From an uncultured virus (IMG/VR IMGVR_UViG_3300032135_000002) (lineage: Duplodnaviria > Heunggongvirae > Uroviricota > Caudoviricetes): a stretch of 64,000 nucleotides of DNA. Shown in pieces: positions 43,074-52,720 of this stretch (positions within the stretch are counted from its first letter, which is position 1; each line of letters starts with the position of its first letter). Made by a program: the position numbers and the translations under genes. The stretch is taken from the IMG/VR virus record IMGVR_UViG_3300032135_000002, one strand, 5' to 3'. Below the pieces are notes generated by a model that saw only the letters and a list, made by a program, of their open reading frames with translations, had not been told where the DNA came from and searched no databases.

Positions 43074-45206
43074 ATGCCAGTGAATACGAGCCTTGCTCAG
43101 GAGATATGGGACCGCTACCTGTGGTTGCGGGATAACGGCCACCACAAATACGTCCGCAAGGCCGAGCAGTGTGAGAACTTCTTCGAAGGCCTGCAGTGGT
43201 CAGAGGAAGATTTGGCGTTGATGCGCAGTTATAAGCGCCCTGCTCTGACGATCAACAAAATCATCAGCACCATCAGCAACGTGCTGGGCGAGCAGATCTT
43301 CAACCGGGCGGACATCGCCTACAAGCCCCGGGGCAAAGGTGCGACAGCAGAGGTCGCTACAGCCTTGTCGAAAGTCTTTATGCAGATTTCGGACAATAAT
43401 AATCTCCCTTGGTTACGCAGTGACGTGTTCTGCGACGGGATTATCACCTCCCGCGGGTTCTTCGACGTCAGGCTTGAGTTCGACGAGAACCAGCAAGGCG
43501 AGATACGGATCACCCAGCCCAACCCCAAGAACGTGCTGATTGACGCGGACGCGGACGAATACGACCCGGATACGTGGGGCGACGTGGTGACGTCCAAGTG
43601 GATGAGCCCCGACGAAATCGAGGCTGTGTATTCGAAGAAAGACGCCGACCTGCTCCGCAACCGTGTAGATTCGTACATGCCCTATGGGCTTGATGCCGTA
43701 GAGCTTGCAGGCCGGGACCGTTTTGGCGATGCGCGCGGCACTCACTACCAGTATGCCGGCGGAGCCTCCGAGGGCAGCGTGCGCAGTATCCGGGTTATTG
43801 AGCGTCAGTACCGCAAGCTCGACAAAACCCTGCACTTCGTGGATTTGCGCTCAGGCGAGACTCGCCCTGTCCCAGCAGACTGGGATGAGACGGAGATTCA
43901 GAATTACCTCGAAAATAACCCTGACGCCTACACGCAGAAACGTTTGATCCGCCGCATCCGCTGGACAGTGGTCGCTGACAACATCGTGCTGCACGATGAC
44001 TGGAGCCCGTACCGGCACTACACCATCGTGCCCTACTTCCCGTATTTCCGCCGCGGGCGCACCGTCGGGCTGGTCGAGAACCTGCTTGGACCGCAAGAGC
44101 TGCTGAACAAGGTGTCCAGCCAAGAGCTGCACGTTATTAACACCACAGCGAACTCTGGCTGGAAGATAAAGCGCAACGGTCTGGTGAACATGACCATTGG
44201 CGAGCTTGAGCAGCGCGGCGCGCAGTCCGGACTGGTACTTGAGTTGGACGAGCTCACCAGCGCGGAAAAAATCCAGCCTAACCAGACACCCAACGGCTTG
44301 GACCGCATCAGCTACAAAGCTGAGGAGCACATCAAGACGATCTCCGGTGTGAGCGACTACATGTCAGGCTTCGCCCGCGAGGACGTGTCTGCCAAGAGCG
44401 TGGTAGCAAACCAAGAAGGTGGGCAGGCGAATCTGGCCAAGGTCATGGATAACATGAACCGGTCTGATCACATGCTGGCCCGCGTAGTGCTGAGTGTCGT
44501 GCAGGAGTATTACACGGAAGAACGGCTCGTCCACATCACGACTGACAAACTGGCCGGCAAGACTGAAGAAGTCATGGTCAACGAGATCTCGCCCGAGGGT
44601 GAAATTGTCAATGATTTGACGCTCGGAGAGTACTCGATCCTTGTGACTCGCCAGCCAGAACGTGACCAGATGGAAGTGAGCCAGTTCGAGCAGGCCATGA
44701 GACTTCGCACAGACGCTGGCATTCCTATATCAGATAAGTTTATCATTGGTGCCAGCCGGATGAAGGACAAGGCAGATATCCTGTCCGAGCTCGAAGAACA
44801 GGGCCAGTCGGAAGAAGCACAGGCTGAACGGGAGCTGCAGCAACGTGACGCAGCAGCCGAGGTCGCTGTGAAAGAGGCCAACGCCCTGTCGAAGCAGGCA
44901 GATGCTCGTTTGCGTGACGCCAAGTCTCAGAAAGAGATGCTGACCATCCAGAAGGACATGCAGACAATGCAGAACGGCGGGCAAGTCCCCGGCGAGATGC
45001 AGATGAAGATGGCAGAACTTCAGATGGAGATGCAGCTCAAGCGTGAGGAGATGGACCGTGAGTTCGAGCTGAAACGCGAAGCGATGGTTATGGAGTACGA
45101 TTTCAAACGTGAGGAAGCGGCTTTGAACGCGAAGGTCGAGCAACAGAAGGCGAAAGATGAGCGCGTAGACGCCGTCTTTAACAGTTCTAACCAAGGCGAG
45201 GAATAA
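43074..45206 (+). CDS. Portal protein (P22-like)
   Basis: F.G.QW...RPALTINKI; follows TerL; C-terminal coiled coil. Confidence 0.9.
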   Translation: MPVNTSLAQEIWDRYLWLRDNGHHKYVRKAEQCENFFEGLQWSEEDLALMRSYKRPALTINKIISTISNVLGEQIFNRADIAYKPRGKGATAEVATALSKVFMQISDNNNLPWLRSDVFCDGIITSRGFFDVRLEFDENQQGEIRITQPNPKNVLIDADADEYDPDTWGDVVTSKWMSPDEIEAVYSKKDADLLRNRVDSYMPYGLDAVELAGRDRFGDARGTHYQYAGGASEGSVRSIRVIERQYRKLDKTLHFVDLRSGETRPVPADWDETEIQNYLENNPDAYTQKRLIRRIRWTVVADNIVLHDDWSPYRHYTIVPYFPYFRRGRTVGLVENLLGPQELLNKVSSQELHVINTTANSGWKIKRNGLVNMTIGELEQRGAQSGLVLELDELTSAEKIQPNQTPNGLDRISYKAEEHIKTISGVSDYMSGFAREDVSAKSVVANQEGGQANLAKVMDNMNRSDHMLARVVLSVVQEYYTEERLVHITTDKLAGKTEEVMVNEISPEGEIVNDLTLGEYSILVTRQPERDQMEVSQFEQAMRLRTDAGIPISDKFIIGASRMKDKADILSELEEQGQSEEAQAERELQQRDAAAEVAVKEANALSKQADARLRDAKSQKEMLTIQKDMQTMQNGGQVPGEMQMKMAELQMEMQLKREEMDREFELKREAMVMEYDFKREEAALNAKVEQQKAKDERVDAVFNSSNQGEE

Positions 45207-45209
45207 AGG

Positions 45210-46184
45210 ATGTTGACTGCTGAGCAAATTGAACAGGCCGCAATTGCCCGCGGCGACGTAGTAGCAGAAACAGGCGGGGACGATGAGGCAGAAGCCGCAC
45301 GCGTAGAAGCCGAGCGCGTAGAAGCCGAGCGCGTAGAAGCCGAAGCTGCCGCAGCCGCAGCGAAAGACTCACTAAGCGACGAGGAAACCGAAGAAGAAAA
45401 AGCCGAGCGCGAAGCTGCTGAGGCCGAGGAAGCAAAGAAAAAGCGCATCCGTATCCCGAAGCAGCGCTTCGACGAAGCTATGAGCAAAGCGAAAACCCGC
45501 GAGCTCCAGCTTCAAAACCAGATAGACGCGCTAGAAAAAGACAGCGCCGGCAAGACGAAGAAGACCGAACTGACCACCATGCAGACGGAGATTAACGACC
45601 TGCAGGACAAGTACGAGGACTTGATCCTAGAGGGCAAGAAAGACGAAGCCCGGGCGGTTCGCAAGGAAGTCGAAGGCAAGCGCGAAGAGCTGTTTGACCG
45701 GCGCACCACGTCGAAGTCCGAAGCGGCTAAGCGCTCAGCGGTTGAGGAGCTGAAGTACGACTCGGCACTGGCCCGGCACGAAGGCGTGCACGCGGCAATA
45801 AATCCGGACAGCGACAGCTTTGACGAAGACACTGCCAGCGAAGTTTCTGAGTTGCTGGAGGCTTTTGTCGCTCGCGGGTTCACTCGGTACGCAGCGCTGG
45901 ACAAGGCGGTGAAATATGTTCTTGGAGACGCTAAATCGGCTTCTGGTAAGAAAGACACTGAGGAAACAGACACTATCCGCGCGCAGCGCGCAGCAGAGGC
46001 GCGGCGTAAAGCGGCGGACGCAGCAACGAAACAGGCGCCGTCGACAGGCGGTATCGGGAAAGACTCCGACAAAGGAGGCCAAGGTGCTGACGGGTCTAAT
46101 ATCAACGTGATGAAGCTCTCGCAAGAAAAGTTCGCCGAGCTGAACGAAGAACAGCTCAGCACGCTGCGCGGGGACACCGTCTGA
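45210..46184 (+). CDS. Scaffolding protein
   Basis: Acidic coiled coil, IPKQRFDE, C-terminal LRGD; between portal and capsid. Confidence 0.8.
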   Translation: MLTAEQIEQAAIARGDVVAETGGDDEAEAARVEAERVEAERVEAEAAAAAAKDSLSDEETEEEKAEREAAEAEEAKKKRIRIPKQRFDEAMSKAKTRELQLQNQIDALEKDSAGKTKKTELTTMQTEINDLQDKYEDLILEGKKDEARAVRKEVEGKREELFDRRTTSKSEAAKRSAVEELKYDSALARHEGVHAAINPDSDSFDEDTASEVSELLEAFVARGFTRYAALDKAVKYVLGDAKSASGKKDTEETDTIRAQRAAEARRKAADAATKQAPSTGGIGKDSDKGGQGADGSNINVMKLSQEKFAELNEEQLSTLRGDTV

Positions 46185-46210
46185 TTTTTGGCTTATAGTA
46201 TGGGGAGCTT

Positions 46211-46237
46211 GCGGGGGGCGCCACCCCCCGCTTTTTT
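46211..46237 (+). terminator. Intrinsic terminator
   Basis: GCGGGGGG-CGCCA-CCCCCCGC-TTTTTT. Confidence 0.75.
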
Positions 46238-46250
46238 CAGGAGCTACATC

Positions 46251-46421
46251 ATGCAGCCACAAGAATTTGTTATATGGGTCTGCTCACAACCCGGTCTGAA
46301 AGCCCTAGACCCTCCTTCTGAAGAAGAGTGGCGCGAATTTCGCCACCAGCTAAGCGCTACGATTGGCGCTATGGTTGCCGAGAAACTCACTAACGCAAAA
46401 AGCATGAATAAGCGCCAATAA
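46251..46421 (+). CDS. Small hypothetical protein
   Basis: SD AGGAG; MQPQEFVIW. Confidence 0.55.
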   Translation: MQPQEFVIWVCSQPGLKALDPPSEEEWREFRHQLSATIGAMVAEKLTNAKSMNKRQ

Positions 46422-46422
46422 C

Positions 46423-46451
46423 TTGACGCTTATTCTTTAAGAGCATAATAT
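46423..46451 (+). promoter_or_regulatory. Sigma70-like promoter upstream of capsid gene
   Basis: TTGACG-17 nt-TAATAT; -35 lies within the inverted repeat GAATAAGCG...CGCTTATTC. Confidence 0.55.
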
Positions 46452-46600
46452 CCTGATATGAATCTCGTTTTGTATGTCACGACAGCACATACGGAGTTCG
46501 GCCTCCTAAAAAGTCGCTTCCCGCTGGTCTGAGCGATATTTCGGGCAAACAGTAGTGAACCGACTGAACTTTAAAAACCCAGCCTTAGGAGGCTAACACA

Positions 46601-47713
46601 ATGGCTTTAACTAACTTTGCCGCGCTAACAGACGAGAATAAAACCGTCTGGTCCATGGACACATGGAAGCAGGCACGTAATTATTCTTTCGTAAATAAGT
46701 TCCTTGGTAAAGACGCCAACTCGCTTGTCCAGCACATCACTGAGCTGAAGAAGTCCGAGAAGGGTGCCCGAGCCGTTATCACCTTGCTAGCCGACCTTGA
46801 AGGCGATGGCATCGCTGGAGATCGTACGCTGGAAGGCAACGAAGAAGCGATGAAGAGCTACGATCAGGTTATCCAGATCGACCAGCTCCGCCACGCTAAC
46901 CGTCACGAAGGCCGCATGGCCGACCAGAAGTCCGTGGTTGAGTTCCGTAACAACAGCCGCGACGTTCTAGCCTACTGGCTTGCCGACCGGATTGACCAGC
47001 TGGCCTTCCTGACTTTGTCAGGTGTTAGCTACGCCATGAAGAACAACGGTACTGCCCGTATTGGCTCCGACTTCCCGTTCCTTGAGTATGCTGCTGACGT
47101 GTCCGCGCCTACTGCACAGCGCCGCGCCCGTTGGGACGGTACTAACAAGGTTCTGGTAACTGGTGGTGCTACTTCCGCTGTGGCCGCTGCAGATACCCCG
47201 ATGTGGGAACTGTTCGTTCAGCTGAAAGCCTACGCTAAAGACCAGTACATGCGCGGTGTTAAGTCGCCCGGTGGCGAAGAAGTGTACCACTGCTTCCTGA
47301 CCCCGCAGGCCATGGCCCAGCTGAAGCTGGACGTCACATACATGACAAACCTGCGCCACGCCCAGACCCGGTCCAGTGAAAACCCGCTGTTCACCGGTTC
47401 AAGTGTGCTGATCGACGGCATCATGTTCCACGAGTTCCGCCACGTTTATAACACCTCCGGTGCTGCCGCTGGTTCCAAGTGGGGCGCTGGCGGTAACGTC
47501 AACGGTTGCCAGATTCTGTTCTGCGGTGCTCAGGCACTAGGCATGGCGGATATCGGGACTCCAGAGTGGGTAGAAAAAGGCTTTGACTACGAGAACCAAC
47601 AAGGTATCTCTATCGGTAAGATTGCCGGGTTCCTGAAGCCTAAGTTCAACTCCGTCTACTCAGGTAACACTGTGCAAGACTTCGGTGTAATCTCTGTGTA
47701 TGTCGCACAGTAA
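46601..47713 (+). CDS. Major capsid protein (DUF4043/N4-gp56 type)
   Basis: LEGDG..GD.TLEGNEE...IDQLRHA...DFGVI; SD AGGAGG. Confidence 0.9.
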   Translation: MALTNFAALTDENKTVWSMDTWKQARNYSFVNKFLGKDANSLVQHITELKKSEKGARAVITLLADLEGDGIAGDRTLEGNEEAMKSYDQVIQIDQLRHANRHEGRMADQKSVVEFRNNSRDVLAYWLADRIDQLAFLTLSGVSYAMKNNGTARIGSDFPFLEYAADVSAPTAQRRARWDGTNKVLVTGGATSAVAAADTPMWELFVQLKAYAKDQYMRGVKSPGGEEVYHCFLTPQAMAQLKLDVTYMTNLRHAQTRSSENPLFTGSSVLIDGIMFHEFRHVYNTSGAAAGSKWGAGGNVNGCQILFCGAQALGMADIGTPEWVEKGFDYENQQGISIGKIAGFLKPKFNSVYSGNTVQDFGVISVYVAQ

Positions 47714-47745
47714 TTCACCACAACGATATCTGAGGGGATAGGACT

Positions 47746-48177
47746 ATGAAAAAATCTACCACTCGAGGCGCGGAGTACATCCTGAGCGCTTCATTCGAGT
47801 TCACGATTACTGACACTATGGCCAACGTCTCCGGTGCTGGTCAGGCTTTCGCAGCCGCCGCCGGGGTCTTCGAAGCGGTGTTTTTGCCGCCTAGCTCGCA
47901 GATCGTCGGCGGTGACATCACCGTTATCGCCGTAAGCGACGAAACAGGCACCGCCACCATCTCTGTTGGCGACGAGACTCTGGCTACCCGATACGCCAGT
48001 GCTGTGAGCCTGAAAACCGCTGCGCGAACTGCGCTTACGCCGACAGGTTTTCAGAATCTGGCCGGTGAGAATCTGCGCGTTACTCTGGCAAATGCCAACG
48101 GTAATGCGACAGCCGGCAAAGTGAAGGTAACTGTCCAGTATATCTCTGGCAAAACCAACGAAGTTCAGACCCACTAA
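47746..48177 (+). CDS. Capsid decoration-like protein
   Basis: Beta-rich; directly after the capsid gene and followed by a hairpin at 48183-48216. Confidence 0.65.
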   Translation: MKKSTTRGAEYILSASFEFTITDTMANVSGAGQAFAAAAGVFEAVFLPPSSQIVGGDITVIAVSDETGTATISVGDETLATRYASAVSLKTAARTALTPTGFQNLAGENLRVTLANANGNATAGKVKVTVQYISGKTNEVQTH

Positions 48178-48248
48178 CCGGTTAGCAGGAGGGGGCCAAT
48201 AGGCCCTTTCTTGCTACCACTTGTCTAAAAAGCGTGGAGATTAGAGCT

Positions 48249-48665
48249 ATGGCGTCTTCTAAAAAAGCCGGTAGCACCAACGAACTTGTGCTTAACCGCG
48301 ACTACACCCTGATTTCAACTATGGGCCACTCCGTTGCGTTTACAAAAGGTGTGCCTGTTCACGTTCCGCCTATTATGTACAAAGCTGCTTTGGGCATCGG
48401 CGCAGTTCCTGCTGATGGCACCGAGCCGGCTCTGGAAAACGAAAAGACTTCTGACAGCGCCCCCATCGATCCGGGTGAGCGAGCAGGGGTGATCTACGCG
48501 GTAATTATGCAGATGGTCGAAGACAACATTAACGACGAGTTCACTGCCGCGAATGCCCCGAAAGAGACAGCCGTGTCCAAACGGGTTGGCTTCAAGGTCC
48601 AGACCAAAGAGCTCAAGCCGCTGTGGCAGAGATACCACGACGAAAAGGCAGGCGAAAACGCCTGA
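48249..48665 (+). CDS. Hypothetical protein
   Basis: ORF in morphogenesis arm. Confidence 0.65.
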   Translation: MASSKKAGSTNELVLNRDYTLISTMGHSVAFTKGVPVHVPPIMYKAALGIGAVPADGTEPALENEKTSDSAPIDPGERAGVIYAVIMQMVEDNINDEFTAANAPKETAVSKRVGFKVQTKELKPLWQRYHDEKAGENA

Positions 48666-48677
48666 TGGTGACAAGCG

Positions 48678-49367
48678 ATGACTCCGGAAGACGTTATTAC
48701 CCTGTTTCGAGCTGAGTTCGGAGACACCGTCGCCCCCCATCTGTGGAGCGAGGGCGAAGCTGCTGTATACCTCACCGAGGCGCACAGGCAGTTCGTTCTT
48801 GGTTTAGGTGGGATTCCGGACATCGTCCCGGTTGATTACCTTCCTGATGAGCCATTTTCAAATATAACCCCTTTGCTGCACACCGTCCGGAAGGCTTATC
48901 ATCCGGACGGTGAGCCTCTGACTACTCGAAACATCGAGGAGCTAGACACTACGTCGCGGCTGTATCGTCCTGATAACCGCCGGTACCGCCCACTCGAACT
49001 CGTTCTCGGGCTTAAAAGAAACCAAGTACGCTGGATGCCAGTACCCTCGGAAGCGGGGGCTATTGAGCTGGCGATTTATCGCGCGTCCTCTTTGGTGGTC
49101 ACCTCAGACACTATTGAGACTGCAGAATTTGAGATAGAAGACCAGTACCACCGGTCTTTAGTGTATGGCATGGCCGCACAGGCGCTGCTAAAACACGATG
49201 CTGAGACGTTTGACGAGCAGAAAGCCCAAGAGTTGCAGGCGCGTTTTTTTGGTGTTATCACGGAAGCCAAAGCTGCCCGCGACAAACGGGATTACACTCC
49301 GCGGTCCATAGTGTATGGGGGCCCTGAAATAGGCGGTAACAGTTACGGAGGTCGCGGTGTCTGGTGA
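48678..49367 (+). CDS. Head-tail adaptor-like protein
   Basis: FR....D...P.LWS..E...YL.EA...EI....H..L...K.DAETFD. Confidence 0.7.
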   Translation: MTPEDVITLFRAEFGDTVAPHLWSEGEAAVYLTEAHRQFVLGLGGIPDIVPVDYLPDEPFSNITPLLHTVRKAYHPDGEPLTTRNIEELDTTSRLYRPDNRRYRPLELVLGLKRNQVRWMPVPSEAGAIELAIYRASSLVVTSDTIETAEFEIEDQYHRSLVYGMAAQALLKHDAETFDEQKAQELQARFFGVITEAKAARDKRDYTPRSIVYGGPEIGGNSYGGRGVW

Positions 49368-49560
49368 TGAACATAACGAGAGGGCGCTTACAGACGAGGA
49401 AATTCGTGAAATCCGGGGAATTATAGAAGCGGACAAGCGAGCTAAATGGCTTTGGGCAACTATCCGCACCGGTTCAATCTGGTTAGCGGCTGTTTTAGGA
49501 GCTCTGATGTTGGCTTGGGACTCGCTAGGGAGAATATTGCGGTCAATCGTTGAGCGGTGA
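49357..49560 (+). CDS. Small membrane protein, holin-like
   Basis: One TM; parallels 3018..3227. Confidence 0.6.
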   Translation: MSGDEHNERALTDEEIREIRGIIEADKRAKWLWATIRTGSIWLAAVLGALMLAWDSLGRILRSIVER

Positions 49561-50039
49561 AACCCATGTTGCGAGCTATATTTGGTAGAGCTGAATGTGA
49601 TGCAAGACACCCCCCTTCGCGCCGTAGGAATACTATGGGACGATACACTTATTGGGCTTTGTGCTTTGCTCTTTTCGCCGGCAGTTGGCTGACGTTCAAG
49701 GAGTTTGAGAGCCGCTTTTTTCCGGTAGTTACAGACTTCCGGATAACTGAGGTGGTAGAACAGGTAGACAGCACCGTCGACATTTATGGCTCCTTCTCAA
49801 AAGTACGCGACTGTGAATTTGTAGGGGTGGTAGCTTACTCCGGCCCAACGCTGGTCCGCGTCAGTTTCGTGGACGGAGAAGGTAGACTCTACCCAGACGT
49901 GACGCGGTTAGCCCGAAAGCAGTTTTTTGGTCCTTGGCGGCTGGAGCCAAAGACCGCGCAGTTAGAGCTTTATGTGACCCACAACTGTTCTACAGGGATA
50001 GTTGTCACCGAGTTGTTTGAAGGAGCGCTGGTTTTATGA
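49557..50039 (+). CDS. Membrane-anchored periplasmic protein of lysis cassette (start may be ATG 49635)
   Basis: TM then FPVVT...KVRDC...HNC; parallels 3227..3676. Confidence 0.65.
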   Translation: MKPMLRAIFGRAECDARHPPSRRRNTMGRYTYWALCFALFAGSWLTFKEFESRFFPVVTDFRITEVVEQVDSTVDIYGSFSKVRDCEFVGVVAYSGPTLVRVSFVDGEGRLYPDVTRLARKQFFGPWRLEPKTAQLELYVTHNCSTGIVVTELFEGALVL

Positions 50040-50443
50040 AGCTGAATGAAATGCCTTTTCGCAAGTGCGACGACCATGGGTGCGGCCATTGGCATGCTGG
50101 CCGGGGTAGCCGGTTGCATAATGGCGTCGATCTGGAATGCGTGCCCGGGACTACTGTAGATTCGCCAATCAGCGGGGTAATCACCAAGCTGGGCATCGTG
50201 TACGCTGATGACCTTCACTGGCGGTACGTTCAGATCAGCGCGGGCAAATACAATTTTCGCCTATTCTACGTGGACCCAACGGTCTCTAAAGGGGACGTCG
50301 TAGTTTCGGGCCAGCCAGTAGGCACCCACCAAGCGCTGGGTGGCCGGTACCCCGGCATTACCGAACACGTCCACTTTGAAATAAAGGACGCTAAAGGGGA
50401 GTATATCGACCCAACGCCGACGTTATTGGTGATGGGGGGATGA
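50036..50443 (+). CDS. M23-family (LECT2-like) Zn protein, putative endolysin
   Basis: HNGVD and HVH Zn motifs, DP C-terminus. Confidence 0.85.
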   Translation: MKLNEMPFRKCDDHGCGHWHAGRGSRLHNGVDLECVPGTTVDSPISGVITKLGIVYADDLHWRYVQISAGKYNFRLFYVDPTVSKGDVVVSGQPVGTHQALGGRYPGITEHVHFEIKDAKGEYIDPTPTLLVMGG

Positions 50444-50533
50444 GCTGAACCACTCGCCGTGGGAGAACAAGAGCGCTCCAGCCGGCGGTGAGCGCCTTGC
50501 CCGGGTACACGCTCCGGGTATAACACCGGTCTG

Positions 50534-50565
50534 CGGGCCCCTCTGAAAAGGGGGGCCCGTTTTTT
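50534..50565 (+). terminator. Intrinsic terminator
   Basis: CGGGCCCCT-loop-AGGGGGCCCG-TTTTTT. Confidence 0.75.
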
Positions 50566-50609
50566 AAGTAACACAGGTATACTGTAGGGAATTACAGGTC
50601 GGGGGCGTA

Positions 50610-51809
50610 ATGTCAAAGAAGGTAAGCCTAAGCAATTGGGAGAACGGGGCGAACAACATCGCCCCCGAAGACCGCCTACCTGATGGTTTTGTCCGCGACC
50701 TGCTGAACCTAGACCCGGTCGGTGGAACCCTCGAGATGCGCACCGGTTACGAGCTGGTTGCCGCGGGTACCGACGTGCGGGCGGTGATGGCGCTAGGCTC
50801 CAAAGTTTTGTATGTAGACGGGGCCACTCTGATCGAGTTTGACATGTTAACCAACGCTTCACGCACTCTGCGCAGCGTTGCTGGGGCCGGCTCAGTCTCT
50901 TCTTGTGTCCATAACCACGAACTGTTTTTCTCTACCGTGAACGAGACTTTGCGCTACGACGGCAAAAACGTACGGGAGTGGGGCGTCCCTGACGTCACCG
51001 GCCAGCCGCTGGTGAGTATCAGCGACCAAATAACCGGGCGCCGGTTGTACGCCATGACCTACACGAACCAATATGGCGAGGAAGGCGGCACGGTTTCCGC
51101 GGCCAACGTCCCCGAGGGCGTGTATGAATTCACTATTCCCCCTCTCGCAGCCGGCCTAAAAGCAAACCTGTATGTGTCTTCTCTCAACGGTCGGACTTTA
51201 TACCTACAGGGAACTTACGAAACGGCAGGCCCCGTAACGGTTAACCGCCCAGTAGACGACACGCAGACGCTGGCCACTATGCACATGCGCAAGCCTTCTC
51301 CAGCCACACATTTAGCGTCCAAAAACGCCGTTATTCTAAGCGCTGTGGGGTCGGCCCTACAAGTTACCAGCCCTATGGCGCCGCACCTAGTCTCGCCGGC
51401 GAGCGCGTTTTTTCAATACCCGACGGGCATAGGTATGGTTCTACCAGGCTCCCGGGGGGTGTACGTTAGTGCAGACAAGGTCTACCAGCTTCGGGGGGCA
51501 GATACCGACAAGCCCGACCAGAATGATATATCCGACTATCCCGCCGTGGCAGGCACTGGGGTTTCGCTCGCAGACGGGCGAGCTGCTTGGTTAACGAGGT
51601 ATGGAATGAGTATAGAAAGCGCAGATGCCCGTGAAGGGGTTATACAGCCGAACCGGCAGTCGTTCGTTCCCCAAGAGGCGACGCAGGGTGCCAGCGGTGT
51701 TGTGGACAATAACGGCAACGAGATGGTTGTCACCACCCTGAAAAACGGCGGTCAGCCGAATACGCTGGTCGCCAGCGACTACTTTGAAGCGGAGGTTATA
51801 CGGCCATGA
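50610..51809 (+). CDS. Tail (nozzle/stabilisation-like) protein
   Basis: GANN.....LP....RD..N.D...R.G pattern; beta-rich. Confidence 0.65.
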   Translation: MSKKVSLSNWENGANNIAPEDRLPDGFVRDLLNLDPVGGTLEMRTGYELVAAGTDVRAVMALGSKVLYVDGATLIEFDMLTNASRTLRSVAGAGSVSSCVHNHELFFSTVNETLRYDGKNVREWGVPDVTGQPLVSISDQITGRRLYAMTYTNQYGEEGGTVSAANVPEGVYEFTIPPLAAGLKANLYVSSLNGRTLYLQGTYETAGPVTVNRPVDDTQTLATMHMRKPSPATHLASKNAVILSAVGSALQVTSPMAPHLVSPASAFFQYPTGIGMVLPGSRGVYVSADKVYQLRGADTDKPDQNDISDYPAVAGTGVSLADGRAAWLTRYGMSIESADAREGVIQPNRQSFVPQEATQGASGVVDNNGNEMVVTTLKNGGQPNTLVASDYFEAEVIRP

Positions 51810-52312
51810 CGATCCTTGGGACCGGGCTAACATATAAAATCGAACTCATTAATCACGGCGTGGTTACTGAGTCCAGTATTGAACATAATATCTTACCTCA
51901 GCAGTCGGTGGACCACATCGCCAGCTTGATTCGAGGTGGGGGCTCGACGCCGATTTCTAGTTGGTATCTTGGGCTGTTCGAGAACAACTACGTGGCAGAC
52001 AGCTCAGTCACTGCGGCTGATTTGCAGGCCACGGTAGGAGAGTCCACAGCGTACACCCAAACTGCTCGCCTGCCGTGGACAAATGTTTACGACGGCGTTG
52101 GCTTTATTGGCAACGCGTCCAGCATGGCGGAGTTCGCGATGAACGCCAACAAGACGATTTATGGCGCTTTCATCGTGTCTAACGCCACCAAGGGCGGAAC
52201 CGCGGGCATCTTGTTGTCGATAGCACGGTTCAGTACGGCTAAAATAACCGAGCCCGGAACCGTCCTGCGCATCACGGCCGGCCTATCGCTCACCCCTACT
52301 AACCCGCTGTGA
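51806..52312 (+). CDS. Small virion structural protein
   Basis: HN..P...WYLGLF...TIYGAFI...GILLS. Confidence 0.7.
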   Translation: MTILGTGLTYKIELINHGVVTESSIEHNILPQQSVDHIASLIRGGGSTPISSWYLGLFENNYVADSSVTAADLQATVGESTAYTQTARLPWTNVYDGVGFIGNASSMAEFAMNANKTIYGAFIVSNATKGGTAGILLSIARFSTAKITEPGTVLRITAGLSLTPTNPL

Positions 52313-52320
52313 GGTAAGAC

Positions 52321-52719
52321 ATGAACGTATCAGAGTTTTCGTCCGAGCAGCTGGTTAAGCTGCTGTTCACAAGCGTCGCCCTCGGCACGCGCCCAACCGC
52401 TTGGTATGTGGCGCTGCACACCGGTGACCCTACGCTGGACGGCTCGGGCAACGAAGTGGGTGACGCCAACTACGCGCGCCAGTCCGCGACGTTTGCAGCT
52501 GACCAGCCGGTAGCCGACGGCCCGTGGCGAGTGCGTAACGCAGCAGACGTTGTGTTCCCCGCCGCAGCCGCGGCGTTCACCGTGACCCACGTGTCCGTGT
52601 TCAGCGCCCTGACTGCGGGTAACGCCCTTGCTATCTTCCAGCTTCCGTTGTCGCGGGCGGTGGGCACCAGCGGTGTGTTCTCCATCCCCATCAACGAGCT
52701 GGTAATCACAGGAGAGTAA
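52321..52719 (+). CDS. Small tail/fibre-associated structural protein
   Basis: WYVALHTGDP...YARQ...FPAA...THV..F.A.TAGN; paralog of 9638..10027. Confidence 0.75.
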   Translation: MNVSEFSSEQLVKLLFTSVALGTRPTAWYVALHTGDPTLDGSGNEVGDANYARQSATFAADQPVADGPWRVRNAADVVFPAAAAAFTVTHVSVFSALTAGNALAIFQLPLSRAVGTSGVFSIPINELVITGE

Positions 52720-52720
52720 T

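Noticed and set aside
45298..45345. Short coding tandem repeats (EAERV x3; also EDSK near 32031-32065 and ST near 39244-39272)
   Set aside because: In-frame slippage in linker regions; ordinary.
43319..46262. Numerous minus-strand ORFs over portal and scaffold
   Set aside because: Antisense shadows caused by codon bias; no motifs or SDs.
50444..50533. Possible ncRNA/tRNA after the M23 gene
   Set aside because: Some stems can be drawn, but there is no cloverleaf or recognisable family; only the terminator is supportable.
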